Shown here piece by piece: positions 23,001-63,484 of a stretch of 64,000 nucleotides of DNA. The first letter of the stretch is position 1, and each line of letters starts with the position of its first letter. The stretch is from assembly GCA_039621445.1 (NCBI GenBank), contig CP154954.1, positions 3,477,715-3,541,714 of the forward strand, read 5' to 3'. The DNA is from Euglena gracilis (Eukaryota). Both the position numbers and the translations under genes were made by a program. Under the pieces are notes generated by a model. The model ran no database searches, was not told the origin of the DNA, and saw only the letters and a program-made list of their open reading frames with translations.

Positions 23001-26000
23001 CATTGGTTTAAATAATCCGTTACCCACACTCGCTGAACACATGCTCCAGGAACACACTGACCACACACCATTCCCCCCTTGTGCCAAGTTCAAACACTGG
23101 GCACAGAACCTCCCTCCACTCCAACCGTATGGACAGCAGTGCCCCCACAACCACCCGCGGGAGCCACACTAAATGTCCAAAACCCTCAGCAACGGGCCAA
23201 GGTGGGGAGGGTGGTGAATGCGCACCTGTGCATTCACTGGGCACCACAAAGAAGGGGGACGCCAGCGGGTACAACGGCTTCACCTGACCAGGGTTGTCCC
23301 CGTGAAACAGCGTTTTTGTGTCGCACCTACCTCGGCAGACTGGTTTTCCCCCAGTCGACGGAGGTGTTAAACCATCATTTTCAAAACGGAAAAAGTCGGT
23401 TTACCCAGAAAAAAACCCGGGGATGGAAAGGCGTGGTATTTTGGTACCACGGGTTTCAGCTGACGGATGCACCGCCCAGTGAAGTGATGGCAACGCAGTT
23501 GGTCAAAAAAAATATGCAGGTGCGCAAAAAAAACCACCAAAAGTGAAAAATGCATTCCAAGCCGTCTAAGTGCACATGTGGACACACAGGTTTGGAACAC
23601 ATGAAACCGCACCTCTAGCACGGTGGGGTCCTCCAGCGTGTCCAGCACGCTGGCATCGAACAGTGCCGGGAGCCGCAGCTGCTGCGCCTGCTGCATGAGC
23701 CGGCACGCGCGCACGCAGGCGAAGCCCGTGATGTCCCAGCGGCTGGCCGCCCCGTTGCCCATCAGCCCGCAGAACACCATCCCGTGGGCCACCGCCCCCA
23801 GGCCTCCGGTTCTGTTTTAAGGGCCTCCAAACGGTGATGGGCAATCCACCCCAGACCCAGACTGAGACCCTGACCCCCCAAAAAAACCTCGTTTTTACGA
23901 GTTCCCTTTTTTCTGCTGCCCTCCCCCCCCCCCCGGCTGAATTTCGTCAAACCCTGGGGAGGGCAGAGGGGGGTCTCGGTGTCCCTTTGGGGGCCTGCCA
24001 GGCCAGCAGGAAATCGTCCAAGAACTTTCAGTTTCCACATTTACTTTCCTGCTTCTGGGCTTCTGTGTCTCGCCCAGGGGTTTTTTTTAAGACCGGGGGG
24101 AGGGGGGTCCCCCACCCACCCACCCCCTGGGGGGGCTCCCCAGGGGGGTCCCGGGGGACCCACAAAAAAAATGGCCGAAAAATCGCGAAACGTGCTTAAA
24201 AAAGCACTTCTTGCATTTGGCGCCGAAAAGTATATCCCACCCCCCTCCGGGGGGACGGGGGGTCAGCCGGACCTACCCACCCTGCCCCCCCCTCCACCCC
24301 CCAGGGTGCATGACTAAAAAAAACACCTGGTCCCACCCCCCCCGAACAGCCCAGGGGTGTCGGATCTGGGTGCCTCACTGGGCAGGCAGCCCCTGGGGGT
24401 GCAGTCGGGCTCTGTCTGCAGAGAAAGGGGGGGGGGGACGAAAGAGAGGCCTGGTCCCGACGGTGCACCCCCGCAGCTCCCGCGCCACCATCACGCTGGG
24501 GGCAGGCAAGTCCGACGCGGCGCGATCGCCTGGGGCCCAAATGGCCACGTTGGATTGGGCACACCCCCTGGACCAGGTCAGCTCGGGGAGATGACAACCC
24601 GCGGAGAATTTCGGGCCAATTTCAGGCGGAGGACATTGCCGCTGACGCGCAGGAAAGCAAACAGACAGCGGGTGAGAGCGTCAGAGGATGGGCCACTGTT
24701 TGACTGCAAAGCCAGACGCAATCGTCGCAGGGCAGATGGCCGATTCCCTCCACCACAAAGAGCCGTGCCAAACATTTCCAATGGATGCCTCACCAACCCT
24801 CCCCACCCGTCGCATAATATCTTCCCGCATCACAGATGTTGATTTAATCGACATCTGTTTATTATGATTAAACAAAATAATTTTTTTTGTTAAATTAATA
24901 AATTAGTTTAAGTGAAATTAATAAAATAAAAAAAAAAGTGTTTATCAATTGACCCCCGTGCTGCGTGCCGCCAGGGGGTACCTCAAAATTCATCAGGCAC
25001 CTTTTTGATTTAGTGCTTTGTTCGTCTGCCAGAGGGGGTTCAAGTTGGGGAGGAGGAAGGCCCATGGGGTGCTCACCTGCAGGCTGGACGGAGACGAGCT
25101 CACATGAATGCCGAAAGTACGAAGCCCCCCGTGAGGACAGAACAGGGCACTGAGGCTGCCTGGGTGCGGTCGCCGGAGTCCGCACACGTCTGGTACAGGT
25201 TGAAGGCGGTCACTATGTGGATGCCCTTGTCGTCATCGATGACCTGCGGGGAGGGGGGCCACTGGGGCTCCAGCTGCGGTGGAGCCTGCCCCCCTGGGGG
25301 GGGGGGGTGCACACCCCATCCAATTAGGCATCGCCCCCACATCCCGTCCAATAAATGAACCCCAGGAGAACCAAGTCCAGAATTTTAATCATAATTAAAT
25401 TGTCCAAATAAATTTTAAAAAAACATATTAATATATAATATTACATAATATATAATATGTAAAACACAATATAATAGTATATAATATATGTAATATATAA
25501 TATATTATATTATATAATAATGTATTATAATACACAAATGTAATATAATATAATATATGTATATTATAATGATGTACGTATATTATATTTATTAATTACG
25601 GTATGTACTATATTTATTAAAAACGGCGGCATCTATCTACTACTATAATGGGAGGGCCCACTTCTTACGCGATGGAGGGTTCAGACCCCTACAAGCTCCC
25701 TGCGGGAGATATCGATATAGAAGTGGGATGCGGGGAGCCCTCTTTGTGCAGGGTATTAAGTGAGAGTTGGTTTGCAGGGGGGGGGGGGAGTGGATCACAG
25801 TCCCCGTCTGGGAGGGGGGTCCAGACTCCCCCTCTGGGACCCAGGAACCAAAATTTTTTCTCTGGCGCTTTGCGCCTTGAGCTGGAGAAGATGATGAAAA
25901 TTTCGGTGTATGTTTCGACCGATTTTTTAGGGGAAAAACTGTGCAAAATGCAAGTTTTGTCTGTTTTCAAGTTCCCAATATTTTTATGTGCTTTGCACTT

Positions 26001-27947
26001 TGTGCCGGATTGTTTTTTTGCACAGGGGGAGGGGTGTCTGCCCCACCCCCCTTTGGGGGATGATGGGTCCAGACTCCCCCTCGATACCCTGCTTTTGTGG
26101 TACACGACATTGATCTTCTGTTGAATTGAAACCATAACAAGGGAGACACGAACTTCTGAGTTTCTATCATGCTTGGCTCTTTCCCTGGGGCGCAGCAGTG
26201 GGTGACCATGTTGTGTGGGAAGTGAATTATCATTGGGGAGCTTTCTCAAAGACCACAGGTCCGGTCAGCTGGGGGAAAAATGTACTTGGTGGAAAAATGG
26301 TTCTTGGTCCCCTATCCCCCCCATGCCCAATAACTGGTCTCTGTGACCTTCAACACAAATTACAGATGGGGGGGCATTGTGGGTTCTGACCAAAAAGGTG
26401 TCCTCCGACCTTTAATGGCAGCATCAAACAAGTGGGCCCCCCGGGGGGGGGGGGGGGGCAATGCAAGGCGATGGATATTTTGTTCGCATTTGTTTGGTGT
26501 TTTCTGTTATTTTTGGGAATGAAGTTAGGGTTACAGATGTCGTCAAGGAAGGGATCAGGGCCAGGCCAAAATTAAGAGGTTCGGCCGAAATTGGGCCTAA
26601 ATTGGGCCTAAATTTCGCCAGATTTCAGCGAGAATTAGATTCAGTGAGATTCGCCAGATTCAGTGAGAATTACCAAAAATTAAGTCTAAAATGTGGCAAG
26701 AATTTCCTAAGGCAATTTCGTAATTTCAACCGTCCTCAAATAGACGGTTCCCCGCATCGCATACACCACCAAAGCCTTGAACCAACACAATTGATCCCGT
26801 TTCAACAACAAATAGAGCGCTGGATGGCTCCTCAGCGGGTCCCATGCAATTCTGGAATGGATGGATTGGGGCGGGGGGCACATTGCCAAAAGCAGGGTTC
26901 TTTTTTTTAAGACCGGGGGAGGGGATCCCCTCACCCACCCACCCCCTGGGATGGGAAGTGTGCTGCCCGCCACCCCCCCCCAGGGCAGAACGGGAAGACC
27001 TGGTGGGGGGGATGGTCGACCCCCCACCCACCACAACATTTTTCCACCTGGCGCCGAAGGCGCTGGGAAACAATTTTTGGAACGAAAATTGGTGCTCCCG
27101 GAAATACGGGAGGAGGCAGGGGGGGGGGGGCCCGAGGGGGTCCCGGGGACCCACTTTCCTTCCCCCGAAAATGGCAGAAAATCGCGAAAATTGCAATAAA
27201 AACAACCACTTTTTCAAAAAAAGTTTGGTGCCTTCAGCGCCGAAAAGTATGACCCACTCCCCCCTGGGCAGACCCCCCTGGGGGACCCCCCCCCCGGGAG
27301 GCTCGGCCGGACCCCCCTCCCCCCCTGGGGTCCACGACGAAAAAAACCCCTGGCCAAAAGTGCCTGGGCACTGCCAGTGCACTCTGGTGCAAATGAAGTC
27401 ATTGGAGGCCAAGTAAAGGCTCACTTTGGGCCGATGTCGGCCCTTGGAGGCCCGACGCCACATCTGCCCTGGCACTCCACGGCACTCCGAGACCTCCGAA
27501 TCGGAGGTTGATCAGAGTCAGCCTGGCGACCAGGCTTCTTTTACCAAGGGGGGGGGGGGGGCTTGTGCTATGGGGTGCCTGCCCATGTCCAGCACCCCCT
27601 TCCCGGGGGGGGAGGACATTTCAAAAAGAAGCCTGCGGGCGACTACTAGGCCTAAGGGTTCTTTGGTTTCTGTCTCCCACAAAAAACACCCTTTGACGTC
27701 ACATAAGAGATACATCCTGCTGTTGTAGCTGGTGCCTCATTTGCATGGGACTTTTATGGGCATTCAGTGGTTGGTTGAAAGACAAGGGTGCACTTTCTAG
27801 CAAAACCACGCAGAACCTCTGAAAAGGTGTCCTCCGACTCCGACTGGGGGGTGGGCTCGTTAGCCATAGGGGGCTCGTTGGACATAGGGGGGTGCCCTGT
27901 CCACCGATCACCCTGGTTGCGAAAATTGTGACGTCAGTATTGGTTTG

Positions 27948-27978
<31 letters not shown>

Positions 27979-28793
27979 ACACACACACACAGAACACACA
28001 CACACTCACACACAACACACACAACCACACCATAACCCAGCGTGACAAAAGCGAAGCACAGTACGACATTGCAATGGAACACAATGCAGCGCAACTCAAT
28101 GGGGACGAACGAAGGGGACGAACAGACGCAGGATGCCTGCAGATGGGCACATGGAATTTCGGCACAAGCCCGCGGCGCACCTGCAGGATGGCGCAGTGCT
28201 GCCGCTTCAGCACCTCCTGGACCTCCGCCACCCACTGGGCCACGTCCGCCTGGGCGTCGCAGTAGATGAACAGGACCGTCAGCATGCGGTTCGCCTCCAT
28301 GGAGCGGAGGTCCCGGCCGGCTACGGGGGCCACCACTGTGCTGCTGGGGAACTTGGAAAGCATGACAGTTACATGGAAAGGGTTATGGGGAGAGGAAAAC
28401 ACTTGGGAGCCAACTTCTTCTGTTTGCATTTTGGAAACTGTGGAAAAATAAATATAAAAAAAGGTCTTGTAAAAGGCAAATGTTTCTCGATATCGAGAAA
28501 CATGCCGAGATCCTCCCCCCCCACCCCCCACACACTGGGGCAGTTGGCTGGCCAGCACGGAGGACACAGCATGGCAATCCTGCGGCCGGTGGTTTGCATG
28601 CCATTAACGTGGGAGGGAGGGTGGCATGAGTTCGGTGCGAGGAAACGGAGTTCGGAGAAGAAGGGAATATGAGAAAACCGGGGAGAGGGGAGCGACCTGG
28701 GAGGACAGTCGGGACCCAACTCCCGGCAAATGCAGCAACCCGTCATGAGCAGGACATGCACCACACATGCGGAGGAGCCGCCAAAAAGGCTTC
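2870..28793 (-). CDS. Multi-exon sAC/ADCY10-like protein (class III cyclase + STAND-type NTPase), copy A; 5' end cut by the N-gap, 3' part runs off window start
   Basis: About 19 exons join, mostly in frame: RMLTVLFI..AILQ|VIDDDKGIHIVTAFNL..|..CTVG|VAHGMVFCGLMG..WDITG..RACRLM..|ELPQRLSLKG matches the sAC C2 pattern (TIVF..VFMFDKG..IGVASGIVFCGIVG..AARMM..ELPKKVMKG). Later VQFLDDMSLRF, ARTAGH, FDLLPFLQQRMLK and LKDTVLETL match STAND motifs. Confidence 0.8.
4173..4252 (-). CDS. Exon HSALQLLRNGVWPEGATIFADVTKDIE
   Basis: In frame; probable GC donor GAG|GCGGGG. Confidence 0.8.
4253..5171 (-). other. Non-conventional intron, CCG/CGG variant
   Basis: 5' GCC-CCGGCTGGGGG / 3' CCCCCGGCCGG-CCCGC|A, 11 bp with one G-U. 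Confidence 0.85.
4370..4790 (+). repeat. Interspersed GGCTGCTGGCTGG / GGTCGAACCGGGTACC repeat family; relatives at 8685-8860, 13260-13430, 18425-18790, 34370-35260
   Basis: Shared ggtcgaaccgggtaccaaaaaa, aaaaaggctgctggctg, ttttgcacctc.gaa motifs. Confidence 0.65.
5172..5303 (-). CDS. Exon VHINSVAARLYSRTHNMEHPRQFLVRSRHHRVAGELVECRKDL
   Basis: In frame through non-conventional introns on both sides. Confidence 0.85.
5304..6576 (-). other. Non-conventional intron, CGG/CCG variant
   Basis: 5' GGC-CGGGG-AG-GCCCGGG / 3' CCCGGGC-GG-CCCCG-GGGGC|G. Confidence 0.85.
6322..6529. mobile_element. Related MITE (AAATAACCTGGCGGGG arms); copy at 49365-49572
   Basis: aaataacctggcgggg ... ccccgccaggttattt perfect inverted repeat. 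Confidence 0.7.
6577..6671 (-). CDS. Exon CGAHRGDDLDSAVCFCPALKDTVLETLLPEE(R)
   Basis: cacag| phase 2 matches previous exon; high GC3. Confidence 0.85.
7689..7837 (-). CDS. Exon ITAQPGISAFLPTVMEVTAGLLDLD..LNELEALGLITLCPH
   Basis: Winged-helix-like LxxLExxGLI; AG|GTGTGT donor. Confidence 0.85.
7838..8895 (-). other. Probable non-conventional intron (exact ends uncertain)
   Basis: GCCACTTG near 5' end pairs with CAAGTGGC near 3' end. Confidence 0.55.
8896..8973 (-). CDS. Exon ALTLKMFHLFDLLPFLQQRMLKVIAT
   Basis: Matches the DxLxxxxQxxLKxxA motif after STAND domains. Confidence 0.85.
9548..9689 (-). CDS. Exon HLQSVAAAAGQFLRGGWAD..ALADRSWTALCPIVP
   Basis: In-frame join RTAG|HL; 3' end approximate. 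Confidence 0.8.
9690..10151 (-). other. Non-conventional intron
   Basis: 5' GGC-CAGGG / 3' CCCTG-GGCGG|G; junction can slide in a GGCGG direct repeat. Confidence 0.75.
9781..10031. repeat. (TGTGC)n satellite; also 20698-20946, degenerate 4942-5072, and copies
   Basis: Pentamer tandem array. Confidence 0.98.
10152..10211 (-). CDS. Exon HYLGAAPEAALVETVMARTA(G); 1 nt short here, intact in copy B
   Basis: gcag| acceptor; copy at 53204-53264 is 61 nt and in frame. Confidence 0.75.
11623..11683 (-). CDS. Exon QLLELPTLDKAQVTELLPGL
   Basis: CTG at -8..-6, C|A junction, STAND LxxLxxxxxxxL pattern; 3' phase uncertain. Confidence 0.75.
11684..12684 (-). other. Intermediate intron (GT 5' end plus CAG/CTG pairing, non-AG 3' end)
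   Basis: 5' GTG-CAGGG / 3' CCCTG-GCACC|A. Confidence 0.7.
12685..12790 (-). CDS. Exon ELPAGVRGRYVQCLTHYHASGALTPPALTAQIYGA
   Basis: In frame through paired-end introns on both sides. Confidence 0.75.
12791..13498 (-). other. Non-conventional intron with mismatch in core triplet
   Basis: 5' GCC-CTGGCTCCCCCTCCCG / 3' CGGGAGAGGGGGCCTG-GCACG|G. Confidence 0.7.
13499..13636 (-). CDS. Exon with degenerate Walker B: VLTVFREGVELVKRALEGGLRLALLVRHVQFLDDMSLRFLAEMARC
   Basis: cacag| acceptor; aligns by eye with the STAND/sAC motif hhhhDEAQFVDxxSxxF. Confidence 0.9.
13900..16150. repeat. Composite interspersed repeat with GGGATCCGGT tandem units and a repeated AAGCCCTTGGAATGCCCTATC module; inverted homolog at 41755-42050
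   Basis: Module at about 14340, 15610, 15820; reverse complement gatggggcatcccaagggcttcatt at 41765. Confidence 0.65.
16401..17306. repeat. Degenerate TG/TTG low-complexity tract; copy 59424-60328
   Basis: About 900 bp of almost only T and G. Confidence 0.98.
17754..17855 (-). CDS. Exon ..LARTQPQTLGDLPQQVLDALEQQQ (5' boundary approximate)
   Basis: High GC3, CAG|GTGTGG donor phase 0. Confidence 0.7.
18811..18922 (-). CDS. Exon ..STRLRVLRDRDFHVVEHVAQLMEPWLAF.. (boundaries approximate)
   Basis: High-GC3 open frame; caacag acceptor or CAGCCTG pairing end. Confidence 0.7.
19948..19998 (-). CDS. Candidate exon GRTAGIVWLVDVPHGPK (where a Walker A strand would lie)
   Basis: tag| acceptor and GT donors present; downstream phase unresolved. 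Confidence 0.35.
20056..20239. mobile_element. TA-flanked foldback MITE (AAATAA-C-run family); copy at 63082-63264
   Basis: ta-aacctctccaaataacacc ... gttatttgggggggt-ta. Confidence 0.7.
20306..20459 (-). CDS. Exon ELPQRLSLKGTSEPVPGF..QRMDPLLDR
   Basis: cgtag| acceptor; LKG..PV end-of-cyclase motif; 3' end ambiguous by a few nt. Confidence 0.85.
20977..23566. mobile_element. 2.6-kb non-autonomous TIR element inside a GT-AG intron
   Basis: ta|gacggctggaaatgcacttttc ... gaaaaatgcattccaagccgtc|ta; internal GAATGCGCA-N1-2-TGCGCATTC palindromes. Confidence 0.8.
23613..23793 (-). CDS. Exon VAHGMVFCGLMGNGAASRWDITGFACVRACRLMQ..PTVLE
   Basis: Class III cyclase C-terminal motifs; GAG|GTGCGG donor. 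Confidence 0.9.
23794..24456 (-). other. Non-conventional intron
   Basis: 5' GA-CCAGGCCTC / 3' GAGGCCTGG-GGGC|G, 9-bp perfect pairing; restores VGVAHG. Confidence 0.9.
24457..24497 (-). CDS. 41-nt exon SVMVARELRGCTV(G)
   Basis: Flanked by two non-conventional introns; restores the xxGVAxG motif in frame. Confidence 0.85.
24498..25165 (-). other. Non-conventional (euglenid-type) intron
   Basis: 5' ACC-CAGGCA / 3' TGCCTG-CCCCC|A; removal is in frame. Confidence 0.85.
25166..25243 (-). CDS. Exon VIDDDKGIHIVTAFNLYQTCADSGDR
   Basis: DDKG motif of sAC-type C2; AG acceptor; non-conventional 3' junction. Confidence 0.9.
25382..25620. repeat. AT-rich (TA/TATAA) tract; similar at 11805-12075, 32795-33062, 43015-43262
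   Basis: Composition. Confidence 0.9.
28181..28343 (-). CDS. Exon, start of cyclase C2: STVV..EANRMLTVLFIYCD..VQEVLKRQHCAILQ
   Basis: cccag|, CAG|GTGCGC, high GC3, R-x-x-T-V-L-F motif. Confidence 0.9.
28536..28579 (-). CDS. Exon DCHAVSSVLASQLP(H)
   Basis: gcag| acceptor, |GTGTGT donor, phase 0/2 fits both neighbours. Confidence 0.7.
28697..28793 (-). CDS. Exon (5'-truncated by gap) KPFWRLLRM..RLSSQ
   Basis: Open frame ending CAG|GTCGCT, phase 0 matches next exon. Confidence 0.55.
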
Positions 28794-28806
28794 NNNNNNN
28801 NNNNNN
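28794..28806. other. Assembly gap (13 N)
   Basis: N run. Confidence 1.
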
Positions 28807-29932
28807 GGAGGTCAGCGGGCGCGGTTTCGGGAGGGTGCGGAGGTTGTCAAGGAAAAGGGAGGGGGCAAAGAGCAGGGCGGTCCTTAAGCAAATAAAAAAA
28901 AAAACTCCGCTGTCCCAGCACACTCAGTGAAAAATATACAGGAAGATGGGCAAGAAATTTTGGCATTTTTCAGCGAGAACAGGTCGACATCAGGAAGAAA
29001 ATTGCTTTCTGGCACCCTTGGACCATCGTCCATCCACCCAAATCATCAAAAACTGTGTTTTTTGATTGTTTAATTTGTGCCCGCGTTCAAGTCCCAGTCT
29101 GGTCCTTAGCCGGCCCTTTGGCCTAAAGGGGGGGCGGTCCTTAAGGAAATAAAAAAAAAACTTTCCTGTCCTTTAAGGACCGCCCTGCCAAAGAGGGATG
29201 CAAATCAACGGCACGGGAGGCGGGTGTGGCAGCGGAAAGCGGTGGGTGGGGGGAGCAGGTCACTTGAATTTGAACCCAGCAGGGGCGATTTTCGGACCAT
29301 ATTCGAGTAGTAGGCAAGCCCTCACACCCCAAAAATGGTGGGTTAGTGGCAGGTTGGTAAGTGGGTGGGTGGGTGCTGGGGGGAGGAATGAGCTCAGGAA
29401 TCTCCAGACTCAACCTTCGGCGAGCAGATATATTTTTGGAAGCACATTGGCCAAAGCACTCCGGAGTTGGAGCATTCTCGAGAAAATGGTTCTGCGAGAT
29501 ATTTCTGAACAGTGTTCTTCCCACGACTATTACTCCCCTCCCACATGAAACTGGCCTGAGAACCTGTCAGTGTCCGTGGTACTGACCAACCTGGCAAGTG
29601 ACAGTTTCCTGGAGGGGGGTGGGGGGTAGGTAGAATGGTGGGAAAAATTTAGGTGCTGCCTTAGGATACATCCAACGATTTACCAAGAATGAATCTCGAT
29701 GCAATGCCTTGCTTCACCAGTTGTGGTCTTCCCAACGTTGGAATCAAGGCAGGGCACTGGGGAGGGGGAAGAAACCTGGACGAGAGGAAACGCTGTTGGA
29801 TAAACAGATTTTTCCGGGTGTTCTAAGCATCCATCCAAGATTTGTCCCAGGAAAGTAAAACTAAATCCTGAGTTTCTCCAGCCCAAAATTTTCTTTAACG
29901 CATTGTGTCAATGTTCCAGGTGTAAAATTTAC

Positions 29933-30329
29933 TAACCCCCCCCCCCCAAATAATACCCCCCCAAATAATACCCCCCCCCCTTGGGGTCCGACTTCGGCCG
30001 CCGAAATAATACCCCCCCCCCCTGTTCCGGGCCGAAGGCCCGGATTTTTGACCTGAAAATGTCGGTAAAAATCACAATCTCTGACAACAAATTATGAAAA
30101 CAATGGATTTTTCTGGCTCATCTGACCTCCAAAAATGGTAAATTTCACAAGGAAGTGCAAAAAATGACCCCAAAGGGCGGTTTTGGGTGCTATTTTGGGT
30201 TTTACGGGACTTCGAAAAATTTCGAAAATTTTGGAAAAATAATACCCCCCCAAATAATACCCCCCCCTCGGGCCGGGACTTCGGGCGAAAAAATAATACC
30301 CCGGGGGGGGTATTATTTGGGGGGGTTTA
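29933..30329. mobile_element. TA-flanked foldback MITE (AAATAATACCCC repeats)
   Basis: ta-acccc..aaataatacc ... ggtattatttgggggggtt-ta. Confidence 0.75.
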
Positions 30330-30535
30330 ACGCGACATTTTTCTCCAAAAGGATCAAAAAGGTCAAAAATGTCTTCTTTGATGAACTCCCATTCAACGTA
30401 GAATTTGGAAATTTCCGATTTTCGCAAATCCGGCCCATGCGCTAACGGGAACGCCGCGGGCAACAGCAACGCCACGGCGGGGCGGCCTGCGCCGCCTGCC
30501 CCGCGGGAACACATCCGGGCCACAAGGCAGCCCGG

Positions 30536-30656
30536 TCAGTCACGCGGGAGTTGCTGCGCACGGCACGGGGAGGTGGCATCCTGGCACGAGACCGGGGTAG
30601 GACTCCGGTCGCACAGCACCAGGCGGCCCACGGACGACGGAATGAAGCCATCCTCA
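30536..30656 (-). CDS. Candidate last exon (EDGFIPSSVGRLVLCD..LPRD*) or 3' UTR exon
   Basis: gtag| acceptor, GC-rich exon-like island. Confidence 0.35.
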
Positions 30657-31973
30657 CTACACAGCACCCGCCCCCCCTCCCACCCCCTCGGGGGCCAGGG
30701 ACGGTCCAAAAAATGTTGGCGCTTTGCGGGGAGAATGGGGGGGTGGGGGCATCCTCCCCGGCAGAGCAGAAAACACACCACTGCCCCTCATCCAGAGGAG
30801 ATCAGCATGGGACCCGGACCACCCACTCTGCCTCTGACCACCCCTGATTATTGTTTTTGACAAAACACAAACAAATAATCGCACCATGGACCTTTTTCCA
30901 ACACTCAAAAGCCCAAAAATTCTGCTCTGTGCCACCTCAGGGGAGTCGACCGTTCCCGAAATGTCCCGCACGGCCACGCTTGAAAAACCAATCACACAGT
31001 CGCCCCTGTGCAGTAGACGCCCCAATGTGGGATGAATGCGCGGAATACTTGTGTTAAATACACAGGCCGGCGTTTTTCCACGCATCCTTTCATTCTGATA
31101 TGGCGACTCTCGCAAAGGTGCCTCGATTGAGAACCCGCTGCCCCCAAAACACTTTGGGAGATTTTGCCATTCCAAACAGTCCGTGTGTGTGTGGGGGGGT
31201 GTGTGCGCGCGCGCGCGCGTGCGTGTGTGTGTGTGTGTGCGCGCGCGTGCGCGCGTGCGTGCGTGTGTGTGTGTGTGTGTGCGCGCGCGTGCGTGTGTGT
31301 GTGTGTGTGGGTGTGTGTGTGTGTGGTTGTGCGCGTGGTTGAGTGTGTTTTGCTGCGTTGGGTTTCTGCCCATTGCCTTCCACGGCATGGTCAACTTTTG
31401 GACTTGAACTGTAGACAGCACGCCTTCCTTTCGAGTTCTGTGACGTTGTCTAAGGGCTTTTACACTCGCTCTTTTCCATTACGTTGTCCGTTTGAACGTT
31501 TGGAGGGGCTCTGATGGCATGGCATTGGTGTGACGACAATGGCAGCAGAGGTGTCTGTGGGGTGGGCAGGGTAGGGCAGAGGGAAATGGGCCAGGGAACA
31601 GCAGCGATGTGTGCATCTCGAATGGGGGGGGAGGATTGTCGAGATTTGCGGCTGGAGGTGCTTGCCCTCCACCACAGGAGAATGGATGCACTGGAGAAAG
31701 GGAATACCACGTACCTCCCCCTTGTTTAAGAACTGGAAAAGATGGGAAAGAACCGGGGGGTGTCGCTTGCGCCAAAATACGGGCCAAGAACCAGAGGTAA
31801 TATATAAACAAAGGCCCCGTCCAAGTGCCTGGTGCTGGTGCTTGGACAGGGCTTGCTTCGACACAACACCAACGCAAAGCGGTGTTGCGAAGCCAACCGC
31901 TGTGTCAGGCAACGTTCGTCTCGGGCGGGGCTGGGCGATCCGGACCCCCCCCCGCGCAATCGGCCCCCCCAAC

Positions 31974-32083
31974 CGGGTGGCAGCCCAGCCAACGGGGTTT
32001 GCGGCGAGGGGGAGGGCTGGGCCTCCTGAGGTCCCCAACGGAGAGAGGGCGGCGCAGGGGGCCCACGCCAGACAGTGTGGCAG
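31974..32083 (-). CDS. Candidate further 3' exon ATLSGVGPLRRPLSVGDLRRPSPPPRRKPRWLGCHP
   Basis: ctctcag| and |GTTGGG; phase fits the GC donor at 32657. Confidence 0.4.
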
Positions 32084-32652
32084 CTGAGAGCCAGGCCTCT
32101 GGTTTCGAAACGAGGGGGAGGGCCGGCCACACATTCGCGTGCGGCGGGGGGGGGGTCTGGAAGAGACCGTGTGCGTTGCAGGTAGCCCCTTGGGGGGGGT
32201 GGAGGAAGGGCGCTGTTCCAAAGGACGCGCCATAGATTCATAAACCACCCAAGCGACCAGGAAGACCCTGGATGCACTGCCACCCCAGGAGAGCCGAAGC
32301 GAGGTCATAAAGGGGTTAACTAATTCCGGAGACCACGATGGGGGGCATGAACAACAAATCCCTTCTCCATTTGCTTGCCCTTTGGCAGGTCTCCACAGGC
32401 AAGTCACAGACACTGCCCATATGAATTAGACGTGCGTGTGCTGCGTATGTGTGTGTTGTGTGTGCTATGTGTTGTGTGTGTTGTGAGTGCTGTGTGTGTT
32501 GTGTGCGTGCGCGCGTGTCTGTCTGTATGTGTGTGTGTGTGTGTGCGTGTGTGTGCGTGTGTGTCTTGCTTTGTGCGCGAGCGGTCCCGGCCTGCAGAAG
32601 CCTGATAGAGGGGAGTCTCTGTGGTGGGGGCGGGCTGAGGGGCAGACCCTCC

Positions 32653-63484
<30,832 letters not shown>

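Noticed and set aside
21030-23235. CRISPR-like array of palindromes
   Set aside because: Spacing is irregular (tens to hundreds of bp), repeats are degenerate, there are no cas genes, and the array is enclosed by transposon-like TIRs.
25632-25728. Helitron-like 5' end A|TCTATCTACTACTATA with a cccacttct/agaagtggg inverted repeat
   Set aside because: No convincing CTRR 3' end with hairpin was found; single occurrence.
27425-27522. Exon-like segment LTLINLRFGG.. with AG and GTGAGC borders
   Set aside because: Phase is incompatible, and it would split the contiguous AILQ|VIDDDKG motif.
28181-28290. PH-domain-like C-terminal helix (..QWVAEVQEV..)
   Set aside because: It splices in frame to VIDDDKG and fits the cyclase C2 helix better.
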